Assembly (NCBI GenBank): GCA_964387705.1
Contig: CAYLWT010000004.1
Location: 4,242 to 68,241 of the forward strand
Length of the DNA stretch: 64,000 bases
Source: an uncultured Christensenella sp.
GTDB lineage: Bacteria > Bacillota > Clostridia > Christensenellales > UBA1242
Reading direction: 5' to 3'
Numbering within the stretch: position 1 is the stretch's first letter; the number at the start of each line of letters is the position of its first letter. Shown in pieces: positions 57,675 to 64,000 of this stretch. Both the position numbers and the translations under genes were made by a program. Below the pieces are notes generated by a model, which had not been told where the DNA came from, did no database searches, and saw nothing but the letters and a program-made list of their open reading frames with translations.

Positions 57675-59690
57675 ATGAAAACTTTGAAAAAACTTATTTT
57701 ATTTCCAATTATTTTGCTCCTTTGCTTTGTGGCTGGGCTTGCCCTTAGTTATTATACAAGTGGAGCAAAAGTTTTTGATCTTGCAAAACTCTTGTCAAAT
57801 CAAATGACTTTGTTCCCTGTTGTTATTGGTGGGGCAGGATATATCCTATATCTTTTGTCTGGAGCAGCGGAAACCAAGCCAAAAACCATCAAGATAGAAA
57901 CCAAAGACAAAAAAGGGAAAAGTATTGACCAGTTTTTTGACTCTCGTTGGGTGACAGAGCAGGAGCTTAGAACTGACAAAAAGTTTATGTTCACCACTTG
58001 GCGTCAACTTCACACCAGCAAAGACGGGATTTTGATTCGAAGTGAAGTTAAAGGCAACAATATTGACATAAATATGTACAATCCTATTCACACAATGGTC
58101 ATCGGCACAACCGGAACTGGTAAAACTCAAAAATACATTGAGCCTTCTATTCAAATTTTGTCCTCCACACAAAGCAAACCAAGTTTTGTTATCACCGACC
58201 CAAAGGGCGAACTTTATGAAAAACACAGTCACAAGTTGAAAGCAGAAGGATATGATGTGAAGGTTTTTGATTTGAGAAAACCTTATCAGTCATCTCGCTG
58301 GAACCCAATGGACAATGCATTTATGCAATATCACAGAGCCCATCATTTGCAAGATGAGGTGAAAACTCACGTGGGCGTAAATCCTGCAGATTTGGGACTT
58401 CAAATTATTGCACATGAATATAACAACGAGTGGTATGAATATAACAAAACCGCCTACCCAAACAAAGAATCACTTGACTCTGATTTGCGTTCCAAAAAGG
58501 CTGAACTTATTGACCAAGCGGAAAACGACATTGCAGAAATTGCTGCAACTCTTTGCCCTATTCAAAGCACACAAGACCCTGTGTGGGAACGTGGTGCACA
58601 AGAGTTTATTCGTGGCACAATGCTTGCGATGCTTGAAGATTCAAACGACCCAAGGCTTAATATGACTAGGGATAAATACAACTGCTACAATTTGGCAAAA
58701 ATTGCGAACTATCGTGACCCAACATCAAATGACAACCCTTATGGACCTCTTAGAAGTTATTTCCTTGGGCGCCCACCTCTTAGCAAGGCGATATCTCTTG
58801 TTTCCAGTGCAATTAACAACGCACCAAACACAACAAAATCTTATATGGGCATTGTTTCTGCATCGCTTGCACTATTCAACGACAATGGGCTTTGCTTCGC
58901 AACCAGTGGCACAGAGATGGACTTTTCAACCTTTGCCGACAAACCAACCGCCCTATTTATTATCATTCCTGACGAAAAAGAATCAAGACACAAACTTGCA
59001 ACACTTCTCATTTCCCAACTTTACAAAAAACTTGTCGACATTGCCTCCAACTGCCCTGGACAAGCATTGCCAAGAAATGTGTATTTCCTTCTTGATGAGT
59101 TTGCAAATTTACCAAAAATTGACAAAATTGATTCACTTATCACAGTTGGCCGAAGTAGACACATTTACTTTTCTTTGGTTATTCAGTCTTTCAGCCAACT
59201 TAATGCAAAATATGGTGATGACGTGGCTGCAGTTATCAAGACAAACTGCCCTATCAAGATATTCATTGGAACGGATGACGTAAAAACTTGTGAGGAGTTC
59301 TCTAAACTTTGCGGTGAAGTGACCATTGAAAACATTTCAACCTCAGAAAGCAAATCCAAGGACGACAAGAGCAAAGACAAAAAAGATGGCACAAGTTATA
59401 CAACAAGCATTGCAACCACCACAAGACCACTTGTTTATCCTGATGAACTTACCCACATAGCAAAAAAAGATGGCACAGGTGATATGATTGTTAACATTCT
59501 TAATGAGTTCCCAATTAGAGTGAACTCCACACCAGCGTATGCAACACCTATGTTTGATCATATTTTGGCCTCAAGCGAATACGTTCCTTCAAGGTCCCTT
59601 GATGAAGAAGCTGTTTCTTATAGCATTGTACAAAGAAACAACATCATTCTTCGCCCACAAATGTCAAACAGGTCTGTCAATCCATTTTAA
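57675..59690 (+). CDS. virD4: VirD4/TraG-type coupling protein
   Basis: Two N-terminal TM helices, Walker A GTTGTGKT, ITDPKGELY, RWNPM, YFLLDEFAN (Walker B) and GRSR..F..VIQSFSQL...YG. Start moved to ATG 57675 (RBS GGAG). Confidence 0.92.
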   Translation: MKTLKKLILFPIILLLCFVAGLALSYYTSGAKVFDLAKLLSNQMTLFPVVIGGAGYILYLLSGAAETKPKTIKIETKDKKGKSIDQFFDSRWVTEQELRTDKKFMFTTWRQLHTSKDGILIRSEVKGNNIDINMYNPIHTMVIGTTGTGKTQKYIEPSIQILSSTQSKPSFVITDPKGELYEKHSHKLKAEGYDVKVFDLRKPYQSSRWNPMDNAFMQYHRAHHLQDEVKTHVGVNPADLGLQIIAHEYNNEWYEYNKTAYPNKESLDSDLRSKKAELIDQAENDIAEIAATLCPIQSTQDPVWERGAQEFIRGTMLAMLEDSNDPRLNMTRDKYNCYNLAKIANYRDPTSNDNPYGPLRSYFLGRPPLSKAISLVSSAINNAPNTTKSYMGIVSASLALFNDNGLCFATSGTEMDFSTFADKPTALFIIIPDEKESRHKLATLLISQLYKKLVDIASNCPGQALPRNVYFLLDEFANLPKIDKIDSLITVGRSRHIYFSLVIQSFSQLNAKYGDDVAAVIKTNCPIKIFIGTDDVKTCEEFSKLCGEVTIENISTSESKSKDDKSKDKKDGTSYTTSIATTTRPLVYPDELTHIAKKDGTGDMIVNILNEFPIRVNSTPAYATPMFDHILASSEYVPSRSLDEEAVSYSIVQRNNIILRPQMSNRSVNPF

Positions 59691-59698
59691 TAAAATTT

Positions 59699-59721
59699 AG
59701 CCCCTTTTTTGGGGCTTTTTT
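59699..59721 (+). terminator. Terminator after virD4
   Basis: agcccc-tttttt-ggggct-tttttt. Confidence 0.8.
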
Positions 59722-59971
59722 CATTTTTTTGCTGTTTTTGTTTTGAAGAATTTTCGTATTATGGTATATTATAAATTATATTGAAGTATATTCGAAATAA
59801 TATAATTTTTTCGTGAGATAATAACCTTAAGAGAATTTCTCGATTTCAAAATTTGCATGTATGTAAAATATATTATTTCTTTGTTGTGACAACTGCAAAT
59901 CGTATGACGGTGGCGAATTATGTTTTGATAACAGTCAAAACAATTTCAATTTCCCTAATGAGGTGAAAATT

Positions 59972-62900
59972 ATGAAAAAAAATAGTTCAAAAGTTATACT
60001 TATCTTGATGCTCGTTGCGTTGGCATCTATTTTTGGTTTCGTGGTGAGCAATTTTAAACCAGACGGGACTCCTGTGTATGCGAAATGCACAACTGTGGAG
60101 TCCAAGTCTAACACTCTTGAATCTAAAAGTCCTCTATTCTCTCAAAGTGAAATTCCTTTCGCCATTTTTACAGGAACTCAACTTGGCACAGAATATACCA
60201 TCGTGGATTATAAACCAGAATTTGAAACATCAGGCAATTCAGAAAATATGGTGGCAAGTTCCATCCCATATATTTTCTTGTCCTCAAAAATGGGTGAAAC
60301 AGTTTTATATGTAACGTTCAACACAGTCGATACAAAAAACGTATCTACTCCTCGAAATATTGTTGGACTCCAAGCTCAAATTAAAGTTAAAACAGCAAAA
60401 GAAACTAACCCGATTCAAATTCAATCCACTATCGTTGGCGAAACAAACCAAATGATGACTTTTGCACTTGACTTGCAACCAAATGCAACACATTGCCCAC
60501 AGCTTGCAGGGCAAACAAGTTTAACAGACCCAACAGATGATGTGTATTTGGGGAATGTTACCGATACAAGTTATAGAACAGGGCTTTGGGAATTCAGCAT
60601 TACATATATGGTTAAGTATGGGCAACAACAATCTTCAACTTACACACTCAACTTCTCATTCTATGTTTTGGACTTTGCGGACTACACCCAAAATGATAGC
60701 ACCCCTCTTACGATTTCAAATACAAACAACCTCTATACAAGTGGAACTGGAACAGAATCAAGCAAAATTGACACAGGATATTCAGTTTACAACTACAACT
60801 ATTCCACCCCACCAACAGTTGAATTTGATGCTTCAAAATTTGCATTGTCTTTCAATTATTCCGCTGGCAACAATTTTTATAACATGGATTTTGTAAGTTT
60901 TGAAGAAACAGGGGCGGACAGCGGAACAACGGGGAAAATTACTCTTTCATGCAACAAAACATCTGCCACCTATATTTTCGAAACTCATAGCGTAGGGGAT
61001 ATTAAATATAAGGCAGTGTTTGACTTCGATGATTTTGAAAAGAAATTTATAATCCCAAATTCAACTGACCTAAGAACCTCAACAATGCAGGGAATTTACA
61101 ATTTTAATCTTCAAATTGTAGCAAGAGATTCTGAACAAAAATTTCAGGTTTTGGACAGTGCTTCCCTAATTCAAAGTATTCGTGATGTCCTTTCTTCACA
61201 AAAACTTGTTATTTTTGGATATGATTTAAGATATAGTGAAGATGGCATTGAAAAATCACTTGAAAAACGCTCTGACGACAACAACACAGACATCTTTACT
61301 ACCATCATATCATACAATTCTACAACAACCTCAACAAGTGGAAATGTTGTTGTAGACAACACAAACGGCAACCGCTATTCCCTTCCAAGTGTTGATGGAA
61401 CATTTGCCATTGCAAAAACAAATATTGCACCACTAAGATTCCACAGCTTTGGAGCGATGACTGATGGCCAAGCAAAATTTTTGCTTATAAAGAATCAAAC
61501 GGCACTAGACAATGTTATGGATTATCTTTTAGGCATACAGGGCGGTGAAGGCACAACTCCCCACACCATTGAAGAACTTAAAGCTTTAATAAACAATGAT
61601 GGTTCAACATACAACAGGTTTTCTGCAATAACAAGTGACGGCATTTGGCTTATGTGGCTTGATTATTCTGTTGATGTCCCATACTCAAGTGACAGTGGTG
61701 ATAGCAAGTTGACCATTTCTGGTTCTCAGTGCATACTTTTCCAAATTGACAACTCCACAAAAACTCTTGGCATTCATTCAATATCATTTGATGACGACAA
61801 CCAAGCAACAACTGCCCACCTTTTCGGAGAATATACACAAGACAAAGTCAGAGTTTCGATAAAAGAAGAACCAAATGCCTTTTATTCTCCAATTTATGTC
61901 CGCTATCGCTATGCATCAGATTATAAAAACTATGGGACAAAAAGCACTCTCATTCTTAACGAAAACGACAGCTATATTGTCAATGGTGTGAAATACAATT
62001 ATTATGTAACCAATGAAAGTAACAACTACACGTTCCAAAATTCAGGAGCATATGTCGTTACTCTTGAAACAAGCACAGGCACAGCCATGGGGAGTTACAG
62101 CTTTAAAATTGATAAAGATGGATTTGAAAATATTGGAGTCTTTGAAGCAGTGTATAGTAGCGACCAATCCTCATACATAAAATCAACAAAGTTATCTGCA
62201 ACCCCACTAACTTCCAACATATTGTCAAGCAATCTTTACGTTACCAACAAGCCTTTCACTCTTTCTTGGGCAAACAAAGCAAGTGGCTCACAAGCTTCGT
62301 GTTATGTTGCATATATGAGCCTTGTAAAAGACAGCTCCGCAACTCCTGTTATGCTTGATGGCAACAATTCTGAATACTATATCACAAACAACTATAACCT
62401 CTCTGCCCTTGCAAAAAATATCGAAACAAATTACAAAAACAGCATAAATCAAACAACACTAGAATCAAACAGTTACTTTAAAAATGAAGGGCTATATTTC
62501 TTCTATGTTTATGATGAATGTGGCAACAGTTTCTCTGTTTGTGTGCTTGTCGACAACACTTCTCCAGAAATTTTACAACGAAACAGTGGCAATCAAACCG
62601 AAAACACCTTTGATTTATCAGAAAATCCAAACAATTTTCAAACGAGCAACAACACTTTATATTTTGGCACACACAAAGCCTTGGGCGTAGCAACCGAAGG
62701 GGCTGATGATAACATCACAATCTTGGACACAAGATACTTAGCATCATACGACCTTGAAACTGGCAATTATCTTAACACTCAAAACAAAGTTTCCTTCAAC
62801 TTTTATACCGATGTTCTTTCAAGTCTCGAGGGATATTATGTTTCTTCCCCAAGCCTTAATGCAAGCACAACTCCAGCAGGTGTTTCAAGTCCAAGAGAAA

Positions 62901-64000
62901 GTTACATTATTCTCAAAAATGAATTGTTATCCTACTACGTAAATGACCAGCTTGACAAATCTTTTAACCCAAATTTGGACAGCTCAAAAACAAGTTCTGT
63001 GACAGTTTATGCAATAGAACAAAGTGGAATTAATTACTCTGGCGAAAAAGACTATTTATTCGTCGTGAAAAATACAAATGGCAACGAAATGTCAAGAGAA
63101 TTGCATGTCAATTTTGACACAATAAAGGGTTATTTTGTTGCATCAAGTAATTCCTCAACTGAAAAGCATAATCTTTCAAAAAATTCAGCAACAAATCTTG
63201 ACCTTTTAAGTTTTGAATTCACTCTTCCTTCTCACTCAGATACCAGCCAATATTATGCAATTCAAGAATTATCCTACGAATACTATCCATATATTTACAA
63301 CACCGCTAACACAAACTTTTCAACGGATAGTTATCCTTATTCAAAAAATCCAACAAAGAAAGAATATCTTACAATTCCAACATCAACAACTGACAAATAT
63401 ACAATTTCAAACATCAACATAGAATACATTTCCCAAAAAGCAACCACTGCCCCTGGGAAATATGTCATAAAACGTGTTCTTCGTGGTGGCCCATACGCCG
63501 ATGCAAACGGGTCAACTGATGGTCTAACTTATGATACAACAACAAATGCATATTATGGCGGAAAATACTATAAGTCTACTGATGGCACTATTAAGAGTCT
63601 TCCTCTTCTTAAATATGACAATATTGTAAGAACCTACACCATTTATGTTGATAGAAACGGAATTATTAAAGAAGAAAACAGCACAAGAATTGTTGGAGAC
63701 AATATCAAAATTACTCTTGGTGGCAGTGATGGCTGGACATTTAAAGATTTCCTTAAAAAATCAAATAGTTATCTTCTAACAAACAAACTTCCAGTTACCA
63801 TCCTTGTACCTGCCTACAAATATTTCATCCCAACAAGCAATGGATATATTAAAGCAAACTATAGCTTTACAAAACTTAATGTGACGGTGGAAGACTTGAC
63901 AAGAGGAACGAGCTATGTTGCAGATGGAATAGATAGTTCCGGCTATTGTACCTGTGAAGCCCTTGGAGGTGAATTCACCTTTAAATCGGAAGGAAAATAT
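59972..64000 (+). CDS. Giant exported S/T/N/Y-rich protein, >=1343 aa, truncated by the window edge (not in ORF track)
   Basis: RBS GAGGTG; signal peptide MKKNSSKVILILMLVALASIFGFVV. The frame was read by hand and stays open to base 64000. Ig-like motifs YTFQNSGAYVVTL, FKNEGLYFFYVYDECGN...DNTSPEI and FTFKSEGKY. Confidence 0.85.
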   Translation, partial: MKKNSSKVILILMLVALASIFGFVVSNFKPDGTPVYAKCTTVESKSNTLESKSPLFSQSEIPFAIFTGTQLGTEYTIVDYKPEFETSGNSENMVASSIPYIFLSSKMGETVLYVTFNTVDTKNVSTPRNIVGLQAQIKVKTAKETNPIQIQSTIVGETNQMMTFALDLQPNATHCPQLAGQTSLTDPTDDVYLGNVTDTSYRTGLWEFSITYMVKYGQQQSSTYTLNFSFYVLDFADYTQNDSTPLTISNTNNLYTSGTGTESSKIDTGYSVYNYNYSTPPTVEFDASKFALSFNYSAGNNFYNMDFVSFEETGADSGTTGKITLSCNKTSATYIFETHSVGDIKYKAVFDFDDFEKKFIIPNSTDLRTSTMQGIYNFNLQIVARDSEQKFQVLDSASLIQSIRDVLSSQKLVIFGYDLRYSEDGIEKSLEKRSDDNNTDIFTTIISYNSTTTSTSGNVVVDNTNGNRYSLPSVDGTFAIAKTNIAPLRFHSFGAMTDGQAKFLLIKNQTALDNVMDYLLGIQGGEGTTPHTIEELKALINNDGSTYNRFSAITSDGIWLMWLDYSVDVPYSSDSGDSKLTISGSQCILFQIDNSTKTLGIHSISFDDDNQATTAHLFGEYTQDKVRVSIKEEPNAFYSPIYVRYRYASDYKNYGTKSTLILNENDSYIVNGVKYNYYVTNESNNYTFQNSGAYVVTLETSTGTAMGSYSFKIDKDGFENIGVFEAVYSSDQSSYIKSTKLSATPLTSNILSSNLYVTNKPFTLSWANKASGSQASCYVAYMSLVKDSSATPVMLDGNNSEYYITNNYNLSALAKNIETNYKNSINQTTLESNSYFKNEGLYFFYVYDECGNSFSVCVLVDNTSPEILQRNSGNQTENTFDLSENPNNFQTSNNTLYFGTHKALGVATEGADDNITILDTRYLASYDLETGNYLNTQNKVSFNFYTDVLSSLEGYYVSSPSLNASTTPAGVSSPRESYIILKNELLSYYVNDQLDKSFNPNLDSSKTSSVTVYAIEQSGINYSGEKDYLFVVKNTNGNEMSRELHVNFDTIKGYFVASSNSSTEKHNLSKNSATNLDLLSFEFTLPSHSDTSQYYAIQELSYEYYPYIYNTANTNFSTDSYPYSKNPTKKEYLTIPTSTTDKYTISNINIEYISQKATTAPGKYVIKRVLRGGPYADANGSTDGLTYDTTTNAYYGGKYYKSTDGTIKSLPLLKYDNIVRTYTIYVDRNGIIKEENSTRIVGDNIKITLGGSDGWTFKDFLKKSNSYLLTNKLPVTILVPAYKYFIPTSNGYIKANYSFTKLNVTVEDLTRGTSYVADGIDSSGYCTCEALGGEFTFKSEGKY

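Larger units (their letters stand above)
49584..59690. other. Minimal type IV secretion/conjugation-like gene cluster (VirB4, VirB6-like, two VirB2-like pilins, VirD4)
   Basis: Component ORFs are listed separately. No relaxase, integrase, cell-wall hydrolase or att repeat is recognised in the window. Confidence 0.8.

Noticed and set aside
1-64000. CRISPR arrays, IS elements, prophage genes, rRNA
   Set aside because: I recognised no repeat-spacer array, transposase, integrase, phage structural gene or rRNA sequence.

Overview
This is 64 kb of low-GC chromosome from a Clostridia-type firmicute, probably spore-forming (inferred from gene content). Bases 1-45 kb hold mostly housekeeping genes: minE/minD/mreB-like, ppx, uvrBA, rarA, hflX, rpiB, hisS, pepF, lgt, rlmD, acpS, recX, mnmA and tRNA-Asn. 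They also hold sporulation-type genes (spoVB-like, DUF421/DUF4363, LysM, a Cys-rich peptide), a lipid/glycolipid cluster and two giant membrane-anchored surface proteins. Bases 45-64 kb hold a compact type IV secretion-like cluster: a PrgI/VirB3-VirB4 fusion, a 1281-aa VirB6-like protein, two paralogous VirB2-like pilins and a divergent VirD4. No relaxase, integrase or att site is visible in the window. The cluster is flanked by a 1255-aa cytoplasmic protein with an 81-aa partner and by a >=1343-aa exported protein that runs off the right edge. I found four ORFs missing from the supplied track: a partial MinE-like gene, a 55-aa ferredoxin, a 58-aa ORF coupled to the MazF/EndoA gene, and the terminal giant ORF. 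Other main observations are a palindromic operator shared by an XRE-transmembrane regulator gene and the lipid cluster, and many apparently leaderless genes. All family names come from motif recognition only; no database search was run.
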